Shown in pieces: positions 12,802 to 28,310 of a DNA stretch of 64,000 bases. The notes below the pieces were generated by a model. It was not told the origin of the DNA and did not search any database. It worked only from the letters and a program-made list of their open reading frames with translations. A program made the translations under genes and the position numbers. Numbering within the stretch: the stretch's first letter is position 1; every line of letters starts with the position of its first letter. Source of the stretch: the human T2T-CHM13v2.0 reference genome, Homo sapiens; NCBI RefSeq assembly GCF_009914755.1, contig NC_060939.1; one strand, written 5' to 3'.

Positions 12802-15114
12802 CATTTTTAGCAAGTTTAAAGTGTATTGTCTCATAAATAATGGTGAGTGGGAGGCACAAGACATTGCACATAACATTTTGGACTAAAGACACTGTCTTCT
12901 GTGATTTGAACTTCCCTTCCTCAGGGCTAATTTGACATTCCCTAGAGACATAAAAGCCTTCAGATATCAAAATGAATTCAGTATAAGATATCAAAATGTA
13001 AATGGATTTCAGGTGAATTAGTCAGGATAAAGTCAAGTCTTTATTATGGTGCTAGTGTTAGTTTTCTTCCTGGACGAGATCCTTTGCCAGGCAGCATGTA
13101 TTTTTGTCTTTGTTGGATTACCTGGCTAATTGGAAGGGAGCAGCACCAAGGATAATCCAGTATCATGTGGCTTCACAATGTATGTTCTGTGAATTTGTAG
13201 CACTTTTAGCAAGTTAAGTTCTTAACTTCTAAGCGGTCATTGCAGAAAGGGCCAAAACCCTATGGCATCAGTGGTTTAAACAGCAGGGGCTACTTGCCTG
13301 GTATTTCCACATATGGGAAATGGACATTGAGGCCTCTGGCTGAGACTCCTTCTTTCCTTCTGATTCTCTTTAGCTCTTTAGCTTTTCCCACTCAGACCAG
13401 TATCCTATGAAGAATTACAATGGCTGAAATAAGTGATCTTCAGTAAAAAGAGGTCATCTACGAGCTTAATACAAGTGAAAATCACGTGCAAAAAAATTGT
13501 ATATGTGTCTTGGAAGTTTCTGATAATAATGCTTGTGAAACTAGTAGAATCTTAGATATTGTGACTTCCTTCTTGCTTTCTGTTGCTTCTGAAGTGAGCA
13601 GTGTGTTCTTGGCAGGAGCCAAGCCTGAACAACAAACTCCATCAGGAAGCCATTTGATGATGCACTGATGTCAGTCAGAGAAGCTGAAAGTTGTGCAACC
13701 TCTCTACTGTACTCCTTAAATGCTGAGTCACTCCCTCCACCTGACTCTATCCCAAGGATAATAGGTTCACATGATGAATCAGCCAAAATAGAACTCACTG
13801 CTGCTGCCTTGATTTGACTATATTTAGTTGTCACACATTTCCTGGGTTGGTGAAGGTAGTTGACTGAGTTTTGAAGGGCCTCCTGCTGGGTGGCAGGCTG
13901 CATGGGAAGGCAAAAATAAACAAAAGATAGTTAGCTGTACCCACATATATCAAGCTCAATTATCCCAGCAGAACTTGAAAACAAGATTTATAGCAGAAGA
14001 TTGACAGTGCAGATAATGGAGAGCTGACTGTTCAAAATCTGTTTGACACCATGATCAGAGTGTTGCCAGAGGTGGGTACCAAGGCAACATCTCACTATCT
14101 CCTCCCCCTCCTTCAGGAACACTTTATGTGGGTGAAAACAGCACAACTTGGTCATCATGGTCAGCCTTGAAGACACACTGAGTGACCCAGTAGGAAGATG
14201 AGGGGGTCATCTCAAGGATTTCTGGTTAATCTTGGTTTTTTAGGTGAGAGTATTCCTGAGCTGATTGGATTTGTGAAGGGGAGCCTGATTGAGAAATTGT
14301 GTTTTATTTTTTATTATTGACTCAACATGAAAGAGCAAAATACCTTTCTGTCTTCAAAAATTGGCAGACATTGTCACATCAAGGAAGTTTGATCATTGTA
14401 AACAGCGATCACTATAATTATGGGAATATATTGTATGACAGTGTTCAGTGGTTTGAATGTTCAAGAAATAATCATGTATCATCACTAAAAGAAAACCAGA
14501 AAGTAAATGAAGGTTTTACTTAGTAAAAACAAAAAGTTCATACCTAAAAATACTGTTTCTTTTTTCTCGTGTTATTTTATTTTGAAGAGTTGTTTATTAT
14601 ATTGTTTCTGGTAATTTCTCATGCTTTCTTTGGAACGTCTACCATAAATGAGTAATATATATTTACATAGAATTTTTCAAGCTGAGAAAATCTGGGATCA
14701 GGGGAAGCAAGGGAGGGGTCTTAGTACCATTCTCTTAGGCATGGTATTTATTGTTATTATGACCACAGGTGCAGTTGAAGCTGTTGGATGACTTAGCAGT
14801 TGCTCCTGGCCTTCAAAGTTCTAAGAAATAGGATACAGGAGACTTCTCACACTTAAATAAATTTAAGCCTATCTTTAATCCTACTCCAAGGTGACTATTT
14901 TAAATAGGAAACTGAATAATAATACACAAAGATTCTATAGTTTTCAAAATACTCAATTCAGAAAGCACTGCTAGATACATTTCTTGAATTCACCAAAATG
15001 AGTAGTCTCTCAGTCCCCTCTTTCCAGATACAAGATGTCCTGTAGCTGTTTTGCCCAAATACCAAAAAAGATGCCACAGAATTATTTGAGGCCTACACTC
15101 CTTATATCAAGAAT

Positions 15115-15274
15115 CAGGGCCAGCTTCATTGATAAAATGTCACCTGTACAGTCACACAGGGCCATGTGTTTGCTTAATCTCTGCTGCTGCCACCTTGAAA
15201 TTCTTAAACTTCTGAGCAAAGTGTCCCACACTTTTATTTTGTAAAGCGCCCCACACACTGTGTAGTCAGTCCTG
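15115..15274. mobile_element. MER91A (hAT-Tip100 MITE)
   Basis: CAGGGCCAGCTTCAT...GTAGTCAGTCCTG termini, with a degenerate 8-bp TSD tcaagaat/tcaggaac. Confidence 0.8.
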
Positions 15275-15496
15275 TCAGGAACCTCTGATTTGCTATCACA
15301 TTAACTCTCTCTATTCCTACTTCTGTCTCTTATGGTAGAGATTTGTAGGTGGACACATAGATGAGGAGTTGTTTGCCTCTTAGGTATGTCTCATGGCACG
15401 GTCTTATGTCCAGCACCCAGATAAACACAGCATCATATTCCAGTCACCTACATAGGGCCATTAAGCCCTCCCCAATGCTGTTGGTAAGAATCTTCC

Positions 15497-15800
<304 letters not shown>

Positions 15801-17235
15801 TTCTTCCAATAGGACCAGTCAACTTCCTCATCCTTTAATGTAACAATAATTACATCTCATTTTAAGTTAGACTTTCTTTTAGTATGTTAAATATCTTACA
15901 AAAAATAAAGGATAGTGCCTCTTCTTCCTTAAACTATAAAACAAAATAAATCAGAAGCCTCATAAAAGCATGCCTTAAATACAGCAGGGAAGAACATTGC
16001 CAGAGCAAATAGCCACCTGATACCAAAGTGCCAGTTCTAATTTTTAAATCCTGTCTACCACAGTGCCACTTGCAGATGTTTAAGAAAAATTATTTCAACT
16101 CTAATAATACTTGGCAATATGACTGTCAAAACTCAATTCCTAAGGGAACATACCCAGGATGCTTTTGATAGTTACCAGTCTGTAAGATTGGCGTTCTGTC
16201 CTGGCTGTCTTCGGCCAAAGGAGTTGTCGTTTGGAGTTCTCCTCCAACATTCCTATCTGCGGTGGTGTGCAGCAGCTCACTGCTGAGGCTCCAAACAATT
16301 ACTGTTCCTGCTTTGCAAATATTTGCATGATTAATTTTTCCTGATGTGTGTATTTCCAACCATGAGTACAAACAGCTTTTCATTTCAAACAAGTGAGGAG
16401 GCACCCTGAGGGGCAAGATCATACATTTTTATGAAGTTGCTGCTGTGGAAACTTATAATTTTTATAGAGAATTTCACTGTTTCTGGGGCAAAATGAAAAT
16501 TTAATACCTGTAAAAAGTACCTTTCATTTTCATAAAATAAAGTGACAGCAAGAATAAAATATATTGAGAGTCTTACAATCTTGGGAAGTGGTGGTACCCT
16601 GTTCTCTTTACATTTCCATAGCACCTTTCCTTACAGTAGGAAGTGCTTATTATTTTGAGATTTGTGTGTACTTCTGTTCCTACAAGGGAGAAACCTTGGG
16701 AGCTTTCCAAGTTATAAACATAATAAATCAAGGAAATAAAGCCTAGGTTATTAAACACTTTGAGAAAAATTCCCTGATGTGAGAAACCAATGTCAAATTT
16801 CCGTGATAATGGGGAAATCATAAAGACTTAGAAAGCATTTGCTTTTTTAATAACAAAGGAAGAAAATTTTCCATTTGCCAGGTTCTAGTACAACAAATTT
16901 GTCATTTGAGTTTATATTTTCAGTCATCAATAGAATTTAATAGTCTGTGAACTTTTAATCCAAGAATTGTTGACCATCTAATTCATTTTGGAGTTTTAAC
17001 CTGGATGATCCATCTAAATGTGTAGAGACAGTATTTTCCAAGGTGCAGTCCTTACGTACCACCTTCTAGAGGAACTGGATGATTTTAGGTGCTACAAGGA
17101 TGATCATTTTTTTGTTTTAACTATGCACATATCTTAATGAGTAGTTGAAAATATGTGTATATGTTCATGTGTAATCTCAACTAGCACATCAGCCTCAAGT
17201 TTTAGTAAATCCTCTTATCACTACTTTAAAGGTAT

Positions 17236-17755
17236 CCAAATATCATACCAACTCACCATCTTTACACTATACTCGTAACTCATCAACCATCATGTTGCTG
17301 ATAAATTAGGAACATGGTCTCCTAACTGACCTCTGTGCTTCTACCATTGCTTCCCTAAAATTGGTCTTCCTTACAGAAATGAGAAGGTTTAAAAAACAAA
17401 GTTAAGATGGAGTCATTCCTCTGTTCACGATCCCTCCAGTGGTGTTCTGTCTCACTCATCATTAAAGCCAATGTCCCTGCCAGGGTCCACAAGCCCTGCC
17501 TGGTCTTTCCTTGGATGTTCATTTGACCTCCTGCTCCCTTTCTCATCTCCTGCCACACTCTTCCTCTCTCCCTGCTCTACCTTCCTTACTGTCTCTTAAT
17601 CACACCAAATACAAGATGGCTTCATGGCATTTGGAGTCACTTTTCTTCACTGCCCCCATCTGGAATTCTCTTTCCCAACTATGCACATAGCTCTCTACCT
17701 CACTTGATTCAAATCTCTGCTCAAATGTCACCTGATTTGGCTCCTTCCCTGATGC
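17236..17755 (+). mobile_element. L2 (L2a-like) fragment, interrupted by L1PA and MLT1H
   Basis: 'ctcctaactgacctctgtgcttc', 'ccctccagtgg', 'tctgctcaaatgtcacc'. It resumes at about 20231-20285 and about 20780-20885. Confidence 0.75.
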
Positions 17756-17766
17756 CTTCACTTTCT

Positions 17767-20229
<2,463 letters not shown>

Positions 20230-20287
20230 TGCCTTCACTTTCTATCCCTTTCCCCTGCTTGGTGTTTCTCCATAGTAGTTATGCCCA

Positions 20288-20752
20288 GTGGTAGATTGAA
20301 GTAATGGATCCGATTAGTCATCCCATCCTGTACCCACACTCTATGCTATGTGATTTGTAATCTCCCGACTCCCATGACAAGCTCGGCCATGTGAACTTGG
20401 TTGGTCAATGGGATGTTGGCAGATGCAACACATGCACAGGCTTGAGAGCCTGTGCTTACTTTTGTTTGACTGTTACTCTTCTGCAATTTCCATGAAAATA
20501 TGCTGGAGGATGAGAGTCACAGAGCAGGACTAAATCACCCCAGCCATCCCAGCCTATGCATCCTAGATCAGCAGTAGCCAGCTGACTTTTGGCTATATGA
20601 GCAAATTCAGCCGAGATCAGAAGAGCTGGACAGCCAAGCCCTAAATAAATGACCCACAGACTCATGGAGGAAATAAATGCTTATATTTTTAAGGCACTCA
20701 GTACAGGCATGCTTTGTTATGCTGCATTATTATGAAAAAATATAGCTGTTAT
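20288..20752 (+). mobile_element. MLT1H-like MaLR solo LTR
   Basis: 'ggccatgtgaacttggttggtcaatgggatgttggcaga', 'gagatcagaagagc', 'aataaatgcttat', 'ttgttatgctgcattat'. Confidence 0.8.
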
Positions 20753-21344
20753 ATTCCTTTATGACATATATGCATTTTAAAACTTTGTCTATTCCAGATT
20801 ATAAGTTCTCAAGAAGAAATGCTTGGTCAGGTATAGTAACTAGCAGATATTTTGGCCCATAGAAAATACTTATTAAATAAAACTTTGTCAAACTCAATGC
20901 ATTTAATGGAAAATCATGCTTAAGTTAAGTGAAAGCAGGCAGTGCCATGGCAATCCACTGAGGCCATATGGACTGCAAGTGCAGTCATAAGATACTCCAG
21001 GATTTTGGGGATTTAGCAATCATGATGTTCCATTAGTGATAATGGTGGTAAACACTGTCTTGAGGTACTGGGGTACTATGTCCTGTCGTGCTTTACACCA
21101 TCTAAATAGTTAAGCAGAAGTAGAGATTTGTAGATGGTTTTTATGGAACTTCCACTAACATTTACCATAACCCTAAAATATATCTGATAAGCAACTTGTA
21201 CACAGGATCTCCCTAGTTTCCTAATTAACTCAGGAAGATGCTGTGTGCATTTCTGAGAATATTATCAATCACAGAGAACTTTTACTACTCCTCCCAAATA
21301 TTATGGAATGGGTAGCCAGAAGTTAGTTGCTCTTTGGTCCATTG

Positions 21345-21445
21345 ACATTCATTGTTGAATATGACTAGATATTGAGCACCTAGGATAATATCTAGCTTTG
21401 ATCTAGGGACTGGGAATACAAAACTAAAACAGACATGGTTTGTTT
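21345..21445 (-). mobile_element. L2 3'-end fragment
   Basis: 'cattcatt...tattgagcacct...ctagggactgggaataca...acagacatgg'. Confidence 0.55.
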
Positions 21446-23229
21446 ATTTTAAAAATTAAGTGAGTCACACTTTCTGAAAAAGCACTCAAAACAATTAATA
21501 ACAAGAACTAAGCTGGGGAATAGGGATTTCAAAAATAAAAATATCTCTCACCAGCTAGTCAGGAAACTGAAAGAGTCTGCTTTTATATCTCATTCATTGA
21601 AGTATTAGCCCCAAGACCCTCAGTCACTCACCATTGAACATTTATCTAATAATTTGTAATTTGTGGAAATGCTTGTGTCATTGTCAACAATGTATTCAGT
21701 TTTCAGAAATAAAGAAGATAATTGAAGATATCCAGATAGCACACTTAATTGCAACAACAGAGCTTAAATGCAAGACTTCCTTCATGAAATTTATAAGAGA
21801 GAAGAAGAAGTGACTTTCTTGATGTTTACCGCTATGATTGGGACTATTCTGTACCTGCTTTGCAGAACATAATTATTTAAGTTTATATGATGTTGATTAT
21901 GGCCCCACATACATTTGTGCTAGATGATGAATTTGTATTTCATGTGATTGCCCAACTAATCCAGGTGTGCAAAGATGACTTGACCTCTTGTCACATACTC
22001 GGTCTCTCCCACATATATGTGTAGTGTGTATATAACTATAGTACATGAAACTCCCCTTTGACATTTCCCTTCCAGATTTTATTACTGTTTTAAAGATTTT
22101 ACTAACTCAGAAATTTATTTTAGGCATTAAATAGAATGTTTTAAAGCCAAAAAAGGCTACTAAACTCTATGATTTATGTATTCCTTGAATGCCATAGAAT
22201 GACCATATTACCAATAAAATATGTACCAAATAATTATATGTAAATCAGATTTATGTTTTATGAAATTCTCCCTTCTCGATTTTATTCATAACAAAGGTAG
22301 TAAATATTTTTTAATTTCAAGTGTCTTAGCTGCCTGGCAACTTTTTCCTTTCTGGAACTAGAATAAAACCACAATTTAAACCCTTAATGTTAACATGCAT
22401 GGTGAATATCTATGAGGGAGATTGTATGTTTTCCAAATATATTTCAACTCAGAAGTTGTCCCTCTATGGTACATCTAACTGAATATTTTATAAAATGTGC
22501 TCTGGTAAATTCTACCTAATGTATACATATGTGGATCACAGCTTTGTGCCTGACCAGAAATAGTATTTCACCATTTGGTTAACTAACTAATTCACCATTT
22601 ACTGAGCCCCTACTGTATTTCCAACTCTCTGCTGGGTTGAGGAGGTAGATCCAACATGGTCTTGATACTCTTTATAATTTATTTTTAGTAGATAGACTAG
22701 TTCTTAGTAGGTAGTACTGACCACAAGCAATGATAAAACCAAGAAATGAATTTAAATTTATAAATCAAATAGTAAAGATAATGAAATTTGTAATGGGGCA
22801 GTCACTGAACTCTATAACACATGGGTAGGCAGAAGCTGGAAATATTTCTCCATTTCTCATCTTTCTTCTCTTCTCTTTTCATTTCTTGCATTTCTCCTTT
22901 GACCATTATCTTTTCTCATTTCAAATTTGTGTGGTGATATATTGTCAAAGTGCATATATGTGTATCTTCTCACCATCTCTTAAATTGATATCTCATTAAG
23001 TATTGTACTGTTAACCTGGTTATCTTTACATGGCATTTTGCCAACTGGGCTCTGGGCTCGTTGGGGGCAGGCATTGTATTTTTCACTTCTTTGTAACCTT
23101 CAGGACACCTTACCTTGCACAAACCAGTTGTTTGGTAGTTCTTTGGTAATTTGACTTGATTAAGTTGTTAATTTCTGTCTACTAGTATTTCTTATGACAA
23201 TGAAGATAACTATTCCCTTTGGTGGCCCT

Positions 23230-23280
23230 CAGGTAAATGTTGCTGCACTAACACAGGTAAATGTTGCTGCACTAACACAG
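23230..23280. repeat. Perfect 24-bp tandem duplication
   Basis: CAGGTAAATGTTGCTGCACTAACA x2 followed by CAG. Confidence 0.95.
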
Positions 23281-23314
23281 AGAGTAGGATTCAGTTCCCA
23301 CTGGGGAGGATCTA

Positions 23315-23660
23315 TGTTTTTATTGATACATAATCTTTTACATACTCATGCAGTACATGTGATATCTTGTTACATGCATAGAATGTGTAAGTATTTATCA
23401 TTTCTGTGTGTTGGGAACATTTCAAGTTCTCTCTTCTACACACTTTGAAATATACAATATATTGTGGCTAACCATAGTTACCATACTCTGCTATGGAACA
23501 TTAGAACTTATAACTTTTATTTAACTGTATGTTTGTACCCATTGGCCAACCTCTCTTCATCTCTCCTTCAACCCACACACCTTTCGCAGCCTCTGGTAAC
23601 TTATCACTTCACTCTCTACCTCCATGAGATCAACTTTTTTTTAGCTCTCATACAAGTGAC
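23315..23660 (-). mobile_element. L1MA (MA2-4-like) 3' end
   Basis: 'tttattgatacataat...gtacatgtgata...tttgaaatatacaata...ctctacctccatgagatcaactttttt'. Confidence 0.85.
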
Positions 23661-24807
23661 AACTAATGCATTTCCAAACTGGCAGCCTGGCTGGAGAGAA
23701 GGTATTCTTTGAGCTTGAGCTGAGATGACATATTTGAACATATGTACTCCTCTCTATTTCTCAAGCATCTGTATCAAAGATTTTGCCATGATTTAAATCT
23801 GATTCAGGTGGTGAAGCATCTGGAAATCATGATGGCATTTACCGAACATCATAAATTGTTGACATATAAAGCTTAAAATTATGTAATGTACCATTTTGTG
23901 CTAAATCAGATGCCATCTTATGCTAGATTCTCCCATAGACGAAGAGTGGCAGATGCCAAATGTACAAGAAAAAACCACGAGAGCAATAGTTTAAATAAAT
24001 ATGACTTTTCAAATTAATGAATATGGGAAAATTTGCATTATTCTATCTTGGTTGTGAAACTTCTAAATACATCTATCAGAACCATGGTTTAAATAGCCTA
24101 ATTGTGTCCGCAACTTAAATTTGACTTTTTAGTTTAAGAGTAACTCTATAGTATTATATTGCATGGGCTGAAAGATGGCAGTACTAATCTGGATAAAATT
24201 ATTTCCCCCTTTTTAAACTTAAAAGGAAAATTGGTTACAGCCCTGTTACTGCAGTTAGAGAATTAGAAGAATTTGGGTGAGTTTGAATCTTTTGTTTTGC
24301 ACATTTCTAATCCATCTTGGTATTGTGGGGAAAAAAAGTTATAAGGAGAACATCTGTTGCTACTCATGTCATTTTTCATGCACATCAAGATCCATAATAG
24401 GTTAGAAGGGCCTCTCTCTATATCTTTTAAAAATTATAGTCCTTAACCAAAATTCTAAGGAGTTTGCATTACTTATTTCATTAAAATTACCAACAAAACA
24501 GTGTTGTTTCCCTCATTTTTTCCTATCTCCATTAATAAAACTCTATTTTCTTCCCTCCCACTCCTCCCAGGTAAGGGCTTAGCCCCCTCTTCCTTACCCA
24601 TCTCTCAAAAGCCCCTCTGTTTATGCTGTTACATTTTCTACTTTCCAGTTTACCTAGGTTTATATTTTCATACCTACTGCCTCCCTGCACCCCATCCTTC
24701 ATTATCCAATTCAACCTTAAATTTCTTTTTCTGTTCCTCTGCTATCAAACATGGTAACTGTGAAATTTAATTAAACAAATAAATACTTAATACAAAACCT
24801 TTTTCCT

Positions 24808-24935
24808 TTTCATTCACAACATCCATTGAGCACCTATTATACCAAGGCCAGGCACTGTTCTACATATGGAGGATATGGTGGGGGAACAAGATAGATAGAT
24901 GAGGTTCCTGAGCTGATGGAATATATATTCCAGTA
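24808..24935 (-). mobile_element. L2 3'-end fragment
   Basis: 'ttcattcacaacatccattgagcacct...gccaggcactgttcta'. Confidence 0.65.
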
Positions 24936-25000
24936 TGTGGTGGGGTGGGGGGCAGGGCTGAAGCAGCTAGATGTTAATAAAAATCAGGTAAATGTGTATA

Positions 25001-25102
25001 TAGGATTGCCAGATTTGGCAAAGAAAAGTAGCACATGCCCCAATTTCAATTTCCGATAAAAAATATTTCTTAATACAAGTATGTCCCATGCAATATTTGG
25101 GA
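25001..25102. mobile_element. MER53 (hAT), one arm only
   Basis: 'taggattgccagattt...aagtatgtcccatgcaatatttggga'. Confidence 0.8.
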
Positions 25103-25509
25103 TTAAATTATAATGTAATAGTGATTAGGATGCTATTTGAAATGGTTTCACAGCTATCTCTTCACCAAAGATATATATGTGCAATTTTTACCCATGTGCA
25201 TAATCAGTGTATTTCTGGTGTACCATCTCCAACTCCTATACTCCAATCTCAGCTGATAAAAGATTTTGCTCATTCTCAAGTTCCACCTTCTTTAAACATT
25301 CTGTTGTAACAGTGCCAGCTCACTGTACTCTCATCTTTCATAAATCACCTTTACAGTTATACCCACATTACACAATTGGCATAAAAAAAACATGACCTGG
25401 GGTAATCTCTCTATTCTAGAAGTTGGTATTTTAATGGATCCACAGTACTCTACTGCCATGTTCATGAACTTTTCTATGTGCGCATTTCTTATATCTTCAA
25501 TTTATAAGT

Positions 25510-25730
25510 GCAGAAATTGAGAATGAGAGGTCTAGAATTAAACAGTCCAGGATTCAGGATCTTGGTTCTGCTACTGACTGGCTATGGGACCTACTCACTA
25601 TGGGACCTCACACAGGTTACTTGCTGTGCTTCAGTTTCCTCATTTGTAAAAAGAAGAAAATATCTGCCTCAAAAAGTTTGTATAAATATTAAATATGATT
25701 ACATATGTGAACTACTCATACAAAGTGCAT
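25510..25730 (+). mobile_element. MIR
   Basis: 'ggttctgctactgactggct...cagtttcctcatttgtaaaa'. Confidence 0.75.
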
Positions 25731-26466
25731 TCATTCTCCTTCTTCTCCTCTTTCTCATTATTATCATCATTACCTGCATACAATTTCTAGAATTTGGCGG
25801 CCTATCAGCCAATACGAAACTTCAGTATTAAGTGATCACTGAAATGAACAATGGCTTCTATAGCTTTGCTAAATTTTTATATGTATCTCACTCTCTTTTT
25901 GGTCATGATGTGCAGTCGGGAACAATGTACATTGTATTGTTTTAAAAGAGAAAGAACTTATTGATTATATAAACTGGGAAATGAAAAAAAAAGAAACATT
26001 TTTTAAAGCAACGCTCTGGAAAAAAAACCCCAAAATTATAATTTGTGAATTAAATGGTATTTGTGCCTATTCTCTCATCCATTTTGGAAAGTAAATTTAT
26101 AAAAGGCAGAATCAGTTCTTCTGGAAGAGACCATTCTGTTAAATGCATAAGCTTTGGGTCTCTGGTAAAAGTATTTAGTGACAATCATGATGATAGCCCC
26201 CAGATGATCTGTTCAAGAAAAATTAGATTATATGGCAGATTTCCAAACCTTCCATTCAGCAGGAAATGACTCATATTATGCTTTTGTAACTGATGTTTTT
26301 GGTATTATATTATTTGTTGTAGTTATGTATGTAGCCAAGTTTGTAAATTGAATTCTATCATATATCTCCTAATGTTAGGAGAAATAGAACATTTTGGGTT
26401 AAAATGGTGTAGTTTGGTCTTGCCAGAATATAGGGGAATCATAGTATTAAGAAAAAAAGTCATCCT

Positions 26467-26820
<354 letters not shown>

Positions 26821-27524
26821 CTATAGTATCCTTACGTTAATATAAGTCTATAGTATACTTTTTTGATATGAGAATAATAAGAGAAATACCTCTAAAATAA
26901 CTCCCTAAACTATAGCTAGTGTAGTAGAAGCTGAAAACTCCATTAGAATGAAAGTCAACAGTTATTCTAGACATGGTACTCTTTATATAAAAAAAAGTCT
27001 TTGGGATAACTAAGAGCAGGTTATAATTAAGAGTTAGAAATGGTTAAAATGGATAGAAAAGGAGATGGGAATAAACTCTTCTCCTACCCAAAAATGACTT
27101 TAAAAACTTCCTGCTTTGCCTCAGATTATATGAACACTCTAAATTGCATTTAGAAGCAAAATGTCTTCTAGAGAGGTCTGTGAACAGCATTGCTCCCTTA
27201 CCCAAAATAAAGGGATTTGAGCTTAAAACGGCCACAAGAATTTTGATTGTTGTTACAGCAAAAAACACAATACAATTTCAACTTCCAATATTCCTATACT
27301 CACATTAGGGATTTAATTACTACATGTGACTGAATCCAATCTTTTAATTTCTTTAAACTGAATTATAATTTTGTATTGTCTTCCATATTCAAGATGTCTT
27401 ATTTACTTTCAATTGATAGTAATTCTTTATAATTTACTTCCTTTTTTATTTTGAATTCTAGATTATAAGGAAATGTAGGGTGAACGTGTGTTTCTCAGCT
27501 ATATATTACTTAGCATTACATTTA

Positions 27525-27617
27525 TTTATTTATTTATTTATATAGTTTTATTATACTTTAAGTTCTAGGGTACATGTGCACAACGTGCAGGTTTGTTACA
27601 TATGTATACATGTGCCA
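27525..27617 (-). mobile_element. Extremely 5'-truncated L1PA (3' tip only)
   Basis: 'ttattatactttaagttctagggtacatgtgcacaacgtgcagg...gtgcca'. TSD TTAGCAT(T/G)ACATTTA at 27510-27524 and 27618-27632. Confidence 0.92.
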
Positions 27618-27733
27618 TTAGCATGACATTTAAATGCATTCTATTTTTAGATAATTTCCCCAATTCTACTTTGTGTAATAAGGATCTATACTGGGCGATA
27701 TAAACAGAAAGAAAAGGCTTTACTTTTCCCAAA

Positions 27734-27788
27734 TAAATGCCTGGATGCGGTATTTGCTCTCTTAAATGCCTGGATGTGGCATTTGCTC
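27734..27788. repeat. 29-bp-period tandem duplication, 2 copies
   Basis: TAAATGCCTGGATGCGGTATTTGCTC and TAAATGCCTGGATGTGGCATTTGCTC. Confidence 0.88.
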
Positions 27789-27910
27789 CTCCTTTCCTAG
27801 GTGAAATTCTGGCTATTAGAATAATTTGAGGGATAAACAGAGGCCTCAGGAATAATGATAGTCTCTCTAGAAAACAGGTATGCATGATTCCAGGGAAAAA
27901 CACATGAACA

Positions 27911-27914
<4 letters not shown>

Positions 27915-27962
<48 letters not shown>
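27915..27962. repeat. (GT)24 microsatellite
   Basis: Uninterrupted GT run. Confidence 0.97.
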
Positions 27963-27964
<2 letters not shown>

Positions 27965-28204
27965 GGTGCTGATTAAAGGGAGAAGTTTACTTAAAAGCTC
28001 CCCAATCTCCATAATGTCCTGCTACTTTCAGAACAACTAGCTGTCGAACAGCAAAGCACATGTGACCTAAGGGATTTAGGATTTAGGAAACTCTCAAATG
28101 AGGGGGACACAGAAGGGGTAACAGAAGAGTTCCATAAGAAAAACATAGCAGATGGAAATGAGAGAAAAACAAAATAAAAAGTTCAGATTTCATACATCCT
28201 GTGT

Positions 28205-28310
28205 GTGAAAAAGGAGAAAATGAGGCTTGGAGAAGCTAAATAATTTGGCTAAGGTGCTACAAATTGGCAATGGGCCAAACCGATATTTGAACTTGGCTTA
28301 AATAACACCA
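28205..28310 (-). mobile_element. MIR fragment
   Basis: 'gagaaaatgaggcttggagaagctaaataatttggctaagg'. Confidence 0.65.

Noticed and set aside
13541-13903. 120-aa ATG ORF on the - strand in unique sequence
   Set aside because: No recognisable domain or family and no supporting exon structure; ORFs of this size occur by chance in 64 kb.
23194-23448. ORF with repeated QVNVAALT peptide
   Set aside because: A by-product of the 24-bp DNA duplication; the ORF runs into L1MA sequence.
25001-25102. MER53 as a possible miR-1302-type hairpin
   Set aside because: The second arm of the palindrome is lost just after TTGGGA, so neither the hairpin nor the mature sequence is present.
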